64,000 bases of DNA from Oikopleura dioica (Eukaryota > Animalia > Chordata): NCBI GenBank assembly GCA_907165135.1, contig OU015567.1:15066001-15130000 (forward strand), read 5' to 3'. Under the pieces are notes generated by a model. That model saw only the letters and a list, made by a program, of their open reading frames with translations, made no database searches and had not been told where the DNA came from. Position 1 is the first letter of the stretch. Each line of letters starts with the position of its first letter. The position numbers were made by a program, and so were the translations under genes. Below are positions 1 through 12,051 of this stretch, piece by piece.

Positions 1-1541
1 CGTCATTTCATTGACGGTTATTTCAGGAAAACACTGAATACCTGAGGCAGCATGTTCGCCAAGATACTGAGCTACTGGCACACATGAGTAGCCAATGCGT
101 GCAGCAATGAATACCTTTTATACTGTGACTTCATCTTCGTCCATCTTACATGTTCAAAACGGATACATACGGATAATAAATAGATCTTTTCCTAATTACG
201 TTTACTCGCTTACCCGGAGTTCATGCGTTGAACACTTAGTCAGATAAGAATTGTTGATTTTCTTTTTGCGCAAATTGGCATTCAAAAGCTTCTGAAGCTA
301 TCGGAGGTCTGGAAGAATTTGTATCATGTGTACGATACAGTAGCGCGGCGACTTTGATCTAAAGAGAGATTGTTGAACGAAGGCGTTAGATGAGAAGACC
401 CCTCTGATGGCACGCAGGGCTCGTCTCATCCGGGTCAAGTGGCTGACGTTTTCAGGCTTCACGTCACCCCAGAAAGAACCCTTGACGACTTATGTATCGT
501 TGATTTAAGTATTCAAACAAGGGTCGCGTCACTTTTGAAGTTGTTCTGTATACTTTGTGTTGCTGAACTTTTCCGTTCGTAAAATAACGGAATGATTGAG
601 CGTTTTTTTTATTAAAATCCGCGCATTTCCGTTCCTAGAGAGTACACTTAGCGTGGCCAGGTGCCAATATAACGGGTTTCTAGTTTATCTCTGTATTGTC
701 TATTCAGACAAATATTGGGTAAGCTCTTTTCTGGATGATGTCCAGGGCCGCTCTGAATTCACTGCCATTATCTCACTCTGTATTGAGCGCAAGTCGAGCG
801 CGAATAAACCGGCGAGTGTTATTTCCTCAGCATTGTACCTCTTGATTATGTTACTGTAATCGTAAGCAGCATTTTCCGGCGAAGAATTTATTCCTGCACT
901 CGTAATTGCACAATCGCCGCATTTTCGAAATGCCAATCGAATTGCAACTGGCAATTTAGCAACTGTTAGAAATACTGTCTACTTTCTTGATCTACCATTT
1001 TAAACCTCTGTGAACTGGGCTTTTTCATGGAGATTAGACTTCATAATCTACGCCGAACGTTGGTTAGACAGAGGTAGATTGCGTCTAGCCTTGGTTACTT
1101 CGTTCGATGATGAACGGCATTTCAGAAAATTCTAGTTTTTCGACAAACTAAAGTTTGCTCAAAAAGATGTAACAGAATCAGCGGAGGAGGAACTCCCCGG
1201 AAGAATGATTTTAATTACACCCTTTACGAGATTGATCATCTCAAGATTTTACGTCCTGACCTAAATATATAACGGAATCGACTTTACGTCTGGGCTCATG
1301 GGTTTTATGACCCTTCGCTGGGACGCCATATAAAAGTCGATCAAACTAATGTTATCTCATTCATTCTTCGTTGAGAGAGAAACCCTCAGAGTTCTTTTGA
1401 ATTCGGACAGGGCACTAGTGAGTTTTATTTCACTGGAGCTTTAAAGGTTTTCTTCTAGGGATACTAGTAGAAAAACCACGCCCACTTCAAAGCGTTTTTT
1501 GTTATATTTTTTTTGAAAAACAAGAGAAGAAGCAGAGAGAA

Positions 1542-2920
1542 ATGGGAGGTAGCAAGTCGAAACTTTCCAAGGCCGAGATCAAGAAGCTCGAAGCAAACAC
1601 TAAATTCACAAAAGCCGAGATTCTCAGATGGTACAAGGGCTTTATCCAGGTACGACACGAACTGATGCCTGATAGCATCGCGATTAGCATGCTTTTTTCC
1701 TAGTCAGCAACAACCGCTCTTTATTTCTGTATTTGAGCTCTTGTAATAAGCAAGGATTGCAACCATGAATTTCGTAAATTTACCCTTCTGAGCATACATT
1801 GTAGATTTTCTGAAAATTTCGTAGTTGTCCATAAATGTCACATGCTATTATAAATGAAACGTTCAGGATTGTCCATCTGGTGAGCTCAGCAGAAACGACT
1901 TCACGGACATCTACGCGGGCTTCTTTCCAAAGGGAAATGCTGGCGAATTCGCCCACATGGTCTTCCAGGTACTCATATTGGTCAAACTCATAAAACCCCA
2001 ATCTCAATTGACGTAGGCCTGTCGTCATAAGGGCGCTTGATGTCCAGACACGGCCACAAGTTCCATTGGAACGTATTAGCCCCGATTTGGAGTTGATTTA
2101 TTACCAGCGCCGAAATTTATGGCTTTTGACGAATCAGCTATTTCACCTTTCACCTGTTACTTTCAGGTCTTCGATGTAAATGGCGACGGAACTATCGAAT
2201 TCGACGAGTTCCTCACTGCCTTGTCCATCACTTCGAAGGGAACAATGGAGGAGAAACTCGAATGGGTAAGATATTTCGACATAAATGCAGCTCAAGATTA
2301 CTTTTTGCTATTTTAGGCTTTCAAAGTTTACGATTTGGACGACAATGGCACCATCGATCGAGAAGAAATGGTGCAAATTGTTAAAGCGATGATTTCAATG
2401 GCTGGCGATGAAAATGCTGAGCAGGATGCTAAAGAAAGGGTGGCGAAGATTTTTGATCTCATGGACACGGTAAGCATTTGATTGACAATGTGGTATAAAA
2501 TATTTATGACTCCGCGTGATTTGGTGATAAATTTACTCCGGTCAAGATCAAGAGACACGGTGCATATAAAAAGTCGAAGTTTTGGGAAGATAGCTCTTCT
2601 GGCATTTTCCGCAGAACGGAGGAGTTTCGCTTTCGTTATCTTATCTCCATAAGCGGAAACCTAAACGTTGAGCTTAACTTGACTAGGACGTTAAACGAAT
2701 CCCATTGTTGAAATCACGTTAAAACAATTTAAAGTACAACTTTGGCTTTTCTCGGCTTTTCTCCAAATATACAAGCCGCTCTTCAAGCTTCTAAATAGGC
2801 GTCTGTCTAACAAGTTTATTTCAGGATGGAAACGGCGAACTTTCAAAAGAAGAATTCCTCGAAGCTGCGAAGCGCGATCAAAGCATCGTCCAGGCTCTTT
2901 CCTTCGTCAAATCCGCATAA
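1542..2920 (+). CDS. Neuronal calcium sensor family EF-hand protein (NCS-1/frequenin/neurocalcin-like), 5 exons
   Basis: Exons 1542-1649, 1867-1968, 2167-2265, 2317-2469, 2825-2920 join through GT-AG introns into [10 protein letters not shown]...WYKGFIQDCPSG...[15 protein letters not shown]...[21 protein letters not shown]...[13 protein letters not shown]...KSA*. N-myristoylation motif MGxxxS and EF-hand loops are present. Confidence 0.95.
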
Positions 2921-3162
2921 AAATGCCCCTCGCTCTTATCAATTCGAAATAAAGTAAAAAAATTGAAATTCCTTTTTCATAAAATATAATGTAAGCTTTT
3001 ATGCTAGATTTTATCTATAGAATTTCTGCGGAGAGCTCCTCCGGAACTTACCTCAAAATTTACTTTTTGGTTGTAAATTGAACTGAAAACATTGTTTTGG
3101 CGGTTTCTTATAGTTATGAAGAGCGAATTTATGCTCTTCAAAGTTAAAACAAGTAAACGGTA

Positions 3163-3362
3163 CTGGGCTTGGCAACCTGTGTAGAAAACCTGAGTCAGGA
3201 TCTGAAAGATCTTAGACGATTTGATCCTGACTCAGGTTTTCTACACAGGTTGGCGAGCCCAGTCCCTAACGTTTACCTGTGTAGAAAACCTGAGTCAGGA
3301 TCAAAGTGTCTAAGATCTTTCAGACCCTGACTCAGGTTTTCTACACAGGTTGCCGAGCCTGG
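3163..3362. mobile_element. Two adjacent short copies (3163-3262, 3275-3362) of palindromic MITE family A, inverted relative to each other
   Basis: Each has TIRs of the form (CTGGGCTCGGCA)ACCTGTGTAGAAAACCTGAGTCAGG; the interior of copy 2 is approximately the reverse complement of copy 1's interior. Confidence 0.85.
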
Positions 3363-3563
3363 CAGGTTAGGGAAACTGACTTTCTTTTAATAATAAATAA
3401 ATCTGGTACTTAGCAGCTTCAAATATATTCTTTGATTAGTGTCCAGATTAAGATAACAAAGAACTGATTGAAGATGATAAATAGAGCGTGAAGAACTCGC
3501 CAAACTTACACGGCGCCCACTGTGTCGAGGCGGCTGAGAACTCCTCCAGCAGTTCGCTATCAC

Positions 3564-4549
3564 TAGGGGGTGCACAGTGGGAAAATCGAATTTTTTATCA
3601 TCCTCTTATGGGGATGTATAATATATCGATAGAAAGCCCATGATCTACTGATCATTTTAACATGTGACTTGGGGTCATTAAAGGTCACGTGAGGTCACAT
3701 GAGGTCAAAATCTGATTTTTCTCAAAATCGACGTAACTAGGGTTTCTTGACGAAGGGCCGTCAAGCCCATTTAAAATTAAAAGCAAGGGACGGGGCTGAG
3801 ACGGCCCGAAGGGCCGTCAAGCCCATTTAAAATTAAAAGCAAGGGACGGGGCTGAGACGGCCCGAAGGGCCGTCAAGCCCATTTAAAATTAAAAGCAAGG
3901 GACGGGGCTGAGACGGCCCGAAGGGCCGTCAAGCCCATTTAAAATTAAAAGCAAGGGACGGGGCTGAGACGGCCCGAAGGGCCGTCAAGCCTATTTAAAA
4001 TTAAAAACAAGGGACGGGGCTGCCCATTTAAAATTAAATTTAAATAATTTTTTTAAAATTATAATTATTTTTTCATTTTCCAGGACCATTCTTCCACCAG
4101 CGAAGTCCTCCGGAGGACAATTTATGACTCACGCTGGATCACATGATCAGATTCTAATCATTAAGAGTGGAAAACAGTCATGAAAAAAAAATGTCATCGT
4201 CGGGATTCGAACACCCCACTTGGCCGAAAAGTGAAGGGTTTTGACAGAAAATCGGCTCTAGAATTTTTTGCTCACGAGTGCACAAAATCATATGACTATC
4301 ATTTGAAAGCGCATGATCTGCTCTCTTTAATGCTAAAAAATTACGAGGTAACCTTTTGGCACTTTTTTTCTACAGGCAAAAGTATGTTTAGTCTACCCTT
4401 CTCACGTGATTTTAGGGGTGAAAATGTGCTTTTTGGGTTTTCTTGTAATGAAATAAAATGATCCTTAGATGTAAACGGATCTTTTTGTAAGGTTAAAAAT
4501 AGATACATGTACTTTTAAATTATCGGATTTTCCCACTGTGCACCCCCTA
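3564..4549. mobile_element. Non-autonomous hAT-like DNA transposon (family B, 986 bp)
   Basis: TIR TAGGGGGTGCACAGTGGGAAAATC at both ends; 8-bp TSD GCTATCAC at 3556-3563 and 4550-4557; no transposase ORF. Confidence 0.9.
3751..4022. repeat. 56-bp tandem repeat, ~4.9 copies, inside the family B element
   Basis: Unit CGAAGGGCCGTCAAGCCCATTTAAAATTAAAAGCAAGGGACGGGGCTGAGACGGCC starts at 3751, 3807, 3863, 3919 and 3975. Confidence 0.95.
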
Positions 4550-5008
4550 GCTATCACTCATCCCTTTGTAGTTCGACTATCGAATTCTGCTGTCGTTTAT
4601 TCGGTTTCTCATCAGTCACTTTCTTAATTAGCCAGCTGCGTCACAACTTTCTAAAGCAAAATTAGCCATAACAAACTTCCGGGATCCTCTAGCAACCATT
4701 TTCCCTCATTTCCTGACTGTAACCATCCTGGAACCCCGACAGCGAAACAACAGTATCACCATCGCTGTGGGTCCAACCTCAGACGAGAAGTCTCCGCGTG
4801 ATTTTATCATAATACGAATTTTCTATTCTGCGCTTCTTCCGGCACATTGTGTGGAATTGTGTTGTACTCAATTTCGAAAAGAAACCGCAGGCTAAAGCGA
4901 ATTTGGCTTATTGTCACCTTCTATTTAGCTTTTTTCTTTATGCGGTGGAGTGGTTCAAGCTGGGGATTTTCCGAGCTCAACAGCAAGTTCCAGTCATGTG
5001 ATTTTGAC

Positions 5009-5225
5009 TTGGGTTCAACCACCTGTGTAGAAAACCTGAGTCAGGTTCTGAAGAGCCTTAATGAAAAGCCGCGTAGCGGCTTTCTTAAAAACGAAGCCGC
5101 GAAGCGGCTTCGCCAGTATGCAACAGTAATCTGAAATGATTAGATCCGAAGACGCTTCGCGGCTTTTTATTAAGGCTCTTCAGAACCTGACTCAGATTTT
5201 CTGCACAGGTTGCCGACGAGCCCAG
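5009..5225. mobile_element. MITE family A copy
   Basis: Long TIRs (ACCTGTGTAGAAAACCTGAGTCAGG...); flanks ATTTTGAC / ATTTTGGC (8-bp TSD, 7/8 match); internal GCCGC-GTA/GAA-GCGGC hairpins. Confidence 0.9.
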
Positions 5226-5866
5226 ATTTTGGCTTTAGCTGATGATCTTCTTGTGAACTAAAGATCCGCTCGATTCTCAGACTCTCCGCGAGCGGGTCTT
5301 GAAAATCGTGGGAGTGGAAGCCCGGCTCCGCATTTTGCCCGTAACATCTGTTCCTCGATACTTATGAGCCTGCGGTGGCTCGATTTACGACAAGCAAATT
5401 CTACAAATCTAACTTCCCCTTGCTCGAGGCTCGAGCTTGCCAAGCAAATACGACGACTTTGATGCAAATCTGCCGATAAAGTGACCGCCGTTCACTCACC
5501 CCAAGATGCTCGATCCTGAAAGCGTCTGTTCATCAATCTGTATTTGCGCGTGGGACTGGCTTCAAACAAAAACTACCATGGATAAGCCGAGATAAGACAC
5601 CTCCAATTGACATGTGAAAGTTGCCGATCCAGGATCGCTGAAATCCTGGAGCTAATATTGACGATTAAACTAAGCCGCTGAGGAGATTTCAAACTTCACC
5701 CATCAAAAATCTTTCTTTCTAATAATAAATCAGAACTCTTCAAAAAAACAATCGATTTTTGATCGAAAAGATCAGAGTTCAGGGAATTTCATTTCTAGGG
5801 AAACCAAGATCGATGTCTTGAACTCTACCACTGCCTGGTTGATAGGGTTGACGATTGACGAGAATC

Positions 5867-7815
5867 TGATGGGATCGTCTTTGACGACCCCTTTTGGAAC
5901 AAGACACCGACTCTCTAGTTTATATTAATTTGGTATTTTATTTCCGAATCTGAGTCTAGAGTTGAAGGTAGCGCAGCTTATCAAGAAGATCATAAAATAG
6001 ATCAAGGGTGGTGGCCCAGGACGAGAGTACATTGGGTCCGTCTCATAGACTGATCCCAACATTCTTCCGCCCCAGGGTCACCCAGAGGGTGCAATAGAGA
6101 GAAAATGATAAATATCAGGTGCAATAGAGGGAAAATGATAACCATCATCCTTCCGGGGGTGGGGGGAAAAGAGATAGAGAAGAACAGATAGACAGCTGAG
6201 AGAATTGCATTTAGAAGTGAACAGAGGCAACAGTTATATATATGATTTATGTTTCGCGAATTTCTTTCGTTCTCATCGAGATGACAGGTTTCTAGAGTTG
6301 TCAGTTTTCCACCGGCAAGGTTGGCCCTTCCTTGCATTCTCGGCGCCACGGACTCCCTCCGCGGGTCACGTCTGGACGTTGGCATCCCTACTCTCTTCGG
6401 CCGTACAGTTGAATCTTTACAACCAGCTGAGTCCTTCCAGCTAGGCCTAGCACACGTGCGTCTTCCATGTAGGTTAAGGCATCCATTTGATCCTTGGCCA
6501 ATCAACTCTTCCTACTTCTCATTTAAACTAGTCGAAATTCCTACTTTTGTGATATCGTTTCGAATTTATGTTTCCTCATTTGTCAATTCACATTGCACCC
6601 CTTAGCGGGAATTTATTCAGAGTCGTAACTGCTCTCTTCAATTTCTGATCCAGATGAAAGTGTTGAGGGTGAACTCGTTCGCGAGCTGTGCTCGGAGCTT
6701 TCCGTGTCAGAAGTCACGCTCCCGGACTCTGAGGAGGAGGACTCGGAGTCTTGCGCAGCTGAGACAAGCTCGTAAAGTGAATCCTCAAATCTATCCAGAT
6801 CTCGAGTGTTCTCCTCGCATTCGTCTTGTATTATTCGCCAGAGATTTTCCGCCTCGTAGCTTGTTCGCCTCATGGCAATGTAAATCGCAACTTCTTCATC
6901 TAAATTGCAGTCCCTTCTGAAATCGTCGATCGCCTCTATGAAATTCTTGATGTCTTCGACTTCCTCTTCTTTTGTGCCTTTTTGGTTGTTCCATATTGGC
7001 GCATACTGCATCACCGAATATTCGTATTCAGTGAGCTTCATATTCTCTTGACTTGTGTACTTCACTTTGAGTCGGCGCGGCTCGGTTCCGTTTTATCAGC
7101 CGATGTTGTTGACCTTGGTGTTTCTCGAACTTTTATGACCAGCGGTTTGCTTGATGTGTGTAGCTTTATGATCATCGCGGGTCTCGTCAGCTGCGCTGGG
7201 ATATAAAATTCCAGCAAGAGCCTAGAATTTTATGACGCCGGTCAAGATCAGCAGAAAATTTCGAATCTTCGCGAATGGTGCGGCACTTGTGTCGATCGCC
7301 GTGAAGTTCTCGAATTTTGAAAAGGCGGCTACGGAAGTGGCAGAATAGCCGCTTTTGCAATCTCCAAGTTATCTGATGTTGTTGTCGACTTTGTCGTAGT
7401 GGCTGATGGTGTTGTTACTGTTGTAGTTATGGCTGATGTTCTTATTTCGACACGCGAAAGAGTTGTTGTGCACTGGGTCGTGGCAGGAAGGTGATCGGTC
7501 TTCCTCAAGATGGTGACTCTTTCGTTGTCGCAGCCGCTGACGGTAGTTTCCACTGACGTGTTTCTGGACGCCGCCGCTCTCTTCACTGGGACGTCGGCCG
7601 TAAAGGCTTCAGTCACCAAATGATGGGATCGTCTTTGACGACCCCTTTTGGAACAAGACACCGACTCTCTAGTTTATATTAATTTGGTATTTTATTTCCG
7701 AATCTGAGTCTAGAGTTGAAGGTAGCGCAGCTTATCAAGAAGATCATAAAATAGATCAAGGGTGGTGGCCCAGGACGAGAGTACATTGGGTCCGTCTCAT
7801 AGACTGATCCCAACA
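5867..7815 (-). mobile_element. Small non-autonomous LTR retroelement (TRIM-like), 195-bp LTRs, no pol
   Basis: Apparently identical direct repeats 5867-6061 and 7621-7815, bounded by TG...CA with a ~10-bp terminal inverted repeat; 4-bp TSD AATC. On the minus strand, PBS-like TGGTGAC at 7612-7618, polypurine tract GGGGCGGAAGAA at 6062-6073, and AATAAA in the LTR. Confidence 0.93.
6613..7041 (-). CDS. Gag-like ORF of the LTR element (~142 aa from ATG at 7041)
   Basis: EDIKNFIEAIDDFRRDCNLDEEVAIYIAMRRTSYEAENLW resembles the helical retrotransposon capsid pattern, followed by a Ser/Glu-rich tail. Gag identity is inferred from pattern and position only. Confidence 0.55.
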   Translation of the reverse strand: MKLTEYEYSVMQYAPIWNNQKGTKEEEVEDIKNFIEAIDDFRRDCNLDEEVAIYIAMRRTSYEAENLWRIIQDECEENTRDLDRFEDSLYELVSAAQDSESSSSESGSVTSDTESSEHSSRTSSPSTLSSGSEIEESSYDSE

Positions 7816-8500
7816 AATCTTTCCCCATTTCTTTTTCGACCTCTATAGTGCGAACAAGGTGATCATTGAAAAAAGACCTCCATCTTACAAAATCAACACA
7901 ATGATCTGTAGGAAATATTATTGCCATCAGTATCCTGTATTTTTTACGGGATAGACGGTAGAGGAATCTGAGTTTATCTCGATTTCTTTTCAGTGGTCCA
8001 ATTTTCTTCCGTTCCAATTCTTTGGTTTGTTCACTTTTGGCCTCTTTTTCCTCTTTTTCGTGTCTTTGCAATTCCGGATTCCGTCTCTGATGACCATCAC
8101 GTGGGTAGCAATATGTGACCTTTCAAAATAGACAAATCGCAATTGCAAGCTCGAACTTTATGGAAGTTCATATAAACAGATCGCCATTTCACACACAACC
8201 TTAAATCTTAAATAAGCCAGCTATGGTATTCTGAGCAAAAGTGCCTTTTCAAGATAGTGGAAGCTGAAAACGATGCGTAACATCAAACAACGATGCCGGG
8301 TAAGGGGAGCCCCAAACCCTCAAAGGACCGAAAATTGGTGCCGAACACTCAGCAGAAGGGCTGAAATCGCGATCATTATATTCTAGTGTGACAAGGGCTT
8401 TGGGTACTTTTATTCGATTGGCGTAATTGGTGAATTGACCGGCGCGAGTTGTACCGAACTAAGAGGCGTTGAGTTATAGTCTACTCATTTCTGGACTCAT

Positions 8501-8710
8501 CTTGACTCGGCAACTTGTGTCCAAAACCTGAGTCAGGGTTTGAGAGAGCTTGAATGAAAAGCCGCGTTCTTCAAAACGAAGCCGCAAAGACATAAGTTAC
8601 CATAACTGGTCATTTTGGCGAAGCCGCTTTGCGGCTTCGTTTTAAAAAAAGCCGCTACGCGGCTTTTCATTCAAGCCCTTTCATATCCTGACTCAGGTTG
8701 CCGTGCCCAA
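8501..8710. mobile_element. MITE family A copy (right TIR partly deleted)
   Basis: CTCGGCAACTTGTGTCCAAAACCTGAGTCAGGG ... CCTGACTCAGGTTGCCGTGCCCAA with the same internal GCCGC hairpins. Confidence 0.85.
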
Positions 8711-10167
8711 ATTATAAGAATGGCCGAGTTTTCTAAAACGCTCTAGACAAGTCACAAGATTCAGAACCAGGTGCATACGTGTAGACTTTCAGGCATGTTG
8801 TTGGCTTATCCAGCAAAGCATATACAAAATATAGGTAGAGTGGATAAACAGATATTGACTCAGCCTGCGGGTTACGTTTTCAGCCACAAGTCTAACAAAT
8901 GCGGACAGACATCGCGTCGATCCAATTAAAATGCAATTTCGAGAAGGCTAATTAGGCTGGGGAGGAAGTTCCTTCCGGAAGGTTCACCGTGAACCTCGGT
9001 GATTAGGGGAGGTTTAAATTGAGCAAGGTGAATTTTTCGGGTTCGAAATGCAGCAAAAATGCAACCGGCGGTATTCTGATTATTTGAAGAATGACATCTT
9101 CAGTTTCAAGGATATCTACGTCCGAGGGGTTAATCTGAGTACATACAAAAAGGGCCCTTGAGTGAAAACGGGTTAATTCTTCAGACTCCCCTCCCAACTG
9201 GTTAAATACGTCTTGGCATGGGAAGATATCACTCAAAAGCCGGATCAGCTGCGCGCTAATTGTCATATATATTTGTTAAGCAAGTTGTGAAGTGTTTGAT
9301 TTGTGGACGAATTCGGCGATTCTCGGGGGCTTCGGAGGCCGGGGCGAAAATACAGTGTGACGGGCGAGATTTGGCGAAAATTTGAATTCAAGTTTGATCG
9401 ATGAGCCGGCCGACTCGATCTCTCACCTTTTTTGTGTTTCAAAATTTCAAATTTCCTCCCTTTCGCGAAAGTATTTGGACAACAATTTCGAAGTGAAATC
9501 GATTACTTGACACTTCAACTAAAGCCAAAGTCCTCAGCCCGCCAATTTTACAGGCGATTAAATTTATATCTTTTCTCGAAATTTCAGATTTCGATGAAAT
9601 TGAAATTTCCATCAATCAAAAGCCTCTTCTTCGTTTATTTCACGGTCACACCCTTAAAATTTCTAAAATTGCCTTGATGTTTTTACGACATAAACTTTTA
9701 AAAGTACCGGAAAGTCATAAAATTTTTGGGCTCGCGAAGAAATCTTTCTATTTATTAGCAAATTTTCAAAAGAACACTTTTTTCGCCCAATAAATATTTC
9801 GAAAGACGATGTTAAACAGCCTCTTGTATAGCTTTAAAATCCGCGGCTTAGCTCGATACTTAGTTGGTGATCCAAAAAAGTGACAAAGGAGGGTAGTTTT
9901 TCCCGCTTCTGTCGTCCCCAAACCACACTTCGTAAGACCCGATAGTTTACTCCCGGTGCCGAGTTTCCGGCGATTTCGTGCTTCTTCTTTATATTTTCGC
10001 TCGTTCATAAGTGCGATCGCATATTTACGCGTGGCAAATTTGGACTCTTTCAACTGTACAAAAGAAGGTGTATTTTTATGCGGTTGAATGGAGAAGAAAA
10101 AAACTCTAGTTCATGAGCTTTGCTCCAACAAAGATTTCCGTTTCTAGCATGTTCTTTTTTCGAAGTA

Positions 10168-10310
10168 GCAACCTGTGTAGAAAACCTGAGTCAGGGTTAG
10201 GGTTAGGGTTATTTTAAAAAAATGATTTGAAAGCAAATTTTGCTACGCGGCTTTTCATTAGAGATCTTTCAGACCCTGACTCAGGTTTCCACACAGGTTT
10301 CCGAGCTAAG
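10168..10310. mobile_element. MITE family A copy carrying an internal (TTAGGG)n tract
   Basis: GCAACCTGTGTAGAAAACCTGAGTCAGGGTTAGGGTTAGGGTT ... CCCTGACTCAGGTTTCCACACAGGTTTCCGAGC. Confidence 0.85.
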
Positions 10311-12051
10311 CCTCGTCTAATTCTTGATTTGACAACGCTTGAAAAAATATTTTCAAAAATAAAAAACGGCTCATTTCGATAAGGTTCAGCGAATTAGACA
10401 TCAAAATACAGATTGCAACTCCAGGTGCGAGTCTTTTTTTTGTGCATCTGAATACATGTCTATCACTTGATCCAGCGCTGCTGAGATTAGACTCGTCAGT
10501 TTATATTTGGATACAATGGCTTGGTTTACCGCAGAGCTTCGGTAAGACAAACTCACCGAACCCGTAAAAGTAGCTTTCCCAACATAATAAGTCGACACAG
10601 CTGGCGGTTGGCCAGTAGACCCGATTCTTGTCCAATTTTACGAAGATCAAGGGAGACCCCTTTCTCAGCCTCGTAATCTTAGTGATTACGAAGTGTGAGA
10701 AAGAAAGGGAAATAGTAATTATTATCCGACTTCAAACAGTACTTTTTCTATTGAAAAAATCTTTTCCAAGCCCAAAGTTTGCTGAATTCCTTTCCGTTGC
10801 TATTCAAATTCAATGTCACGGAAGAGTGTTTGAAACAATCATGAACCCATGCACGTGAGGCGTTTAACATGCAGACGCGTTCTTTGTTCCCCAAAGAGCT
10901 GAAAAGAATTCCTTCGGCTGAATGTTCTGCTGAAAAGCGCAAATTCAATTGCGACAACAGTTACTGTTATCCCAAAACTGCGCTGTGAATACAGTGTCTT
11001 TTTTGTATGAGCGGATGATTAGCTGCTTATCCTGTCAACAAAGATGAGTTATTAAAAGTTGTGACGAAGCATCAAAAAAGAAAAGGGCGAAAATTAATGG
11101 GCCAATTTTGAGGAATTTACTAATTTTAATTGACATTTGCTTTCCCCAAAATTGCGGAAACTCAAATTTATCCAGTTCCGATAAGGCATCACAAAATTAG
11201 TGCCTGCTTATTTGTTCTTCTTCCTCTACCAGTAGTAGCATCGATGAACCTTGATGACCTGCTGATAACACCTGTGTGGCCACCCTTAATTTCGAAAATT
11301 TGTTTTCAATGAATCAAGTGTAACATGCCAAAATAACAGCCATAGGATCAGCCGGTCCGAGCTCATGCACCGTTGAATTTAGGCCTGAAATTTAGCCTAT
11401 TTTCATTTCCAAGAGAGGGCCTTTGAAGCGGTAAACTTCCGGAATAGAGTGCTTTCATTTTTTCCGAAGCGGCGGCGTAAACATCCTGTTTCCTTTTGAA
11501 TCAGTACTCGCCGAATTAAGAAGTAAGACTACTTCTTAATCCGGTATCTGAGCAATAAAATTGGCGTAATTGGGCAGATCTTGACCGATGAGGGTGTCGA
11601 TTCACAGGTCTGCTTGTGCCAGAAAACAAGTTGGAAAGAGGCCAGCCAGTGGACAGTCTGACAGGCTCACACATGCCACTCTCTTCTCTGATAATATGGA
11701 TTGATATCATTTTGCACAATTAGACAGTTACTGTAACTGACATCGTCTGCCAACGAATACGCTGTTCAATTACAACGTCAAATTTGACAAGCCTGTTCTG
11801 TAGCGCATTTTCAATGAAGAATAAATAGAGACCGACTGAAATTTTTTCAAAATAAACACCCCCAGATGAATATTTTTCAAATGAACCGACTAGTAGATGC
11901 GGTATAAAAAAGAATGACATCATCATTATTATACTCACAATAATTCATTCTGTGTTTGGTATAAATTCTTTATAGCACCTCCAACACAGGCAAAGGACTA
12001 CTAATTCAGCACTATCCCACTTTTCCACACACACTGTCGTATTCCCCTGTT

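Noticed and set aside
1-1400. Possible gene on the minus strand (CGDC-containing ORF 700-954)
   Set aside because: Frames are broken by stops and I could not assemble or recognise a product.
3751-4022. CRISPR-like regular repeats
   Set aside because: The units are contiguous with no unique spacers, lie inside a eukaryotic DNA transposon, and no cas genes are present.
4180-4461. 93-aa ORF inside the family B element
   Set aside because: No recognisable motif; likely a chance frame.
4847-5134. ORFs running through MITE copies (also 11945-12127)
   Set aside because: They arise from open frames across palindromic repeat sequence, with no coding signature.
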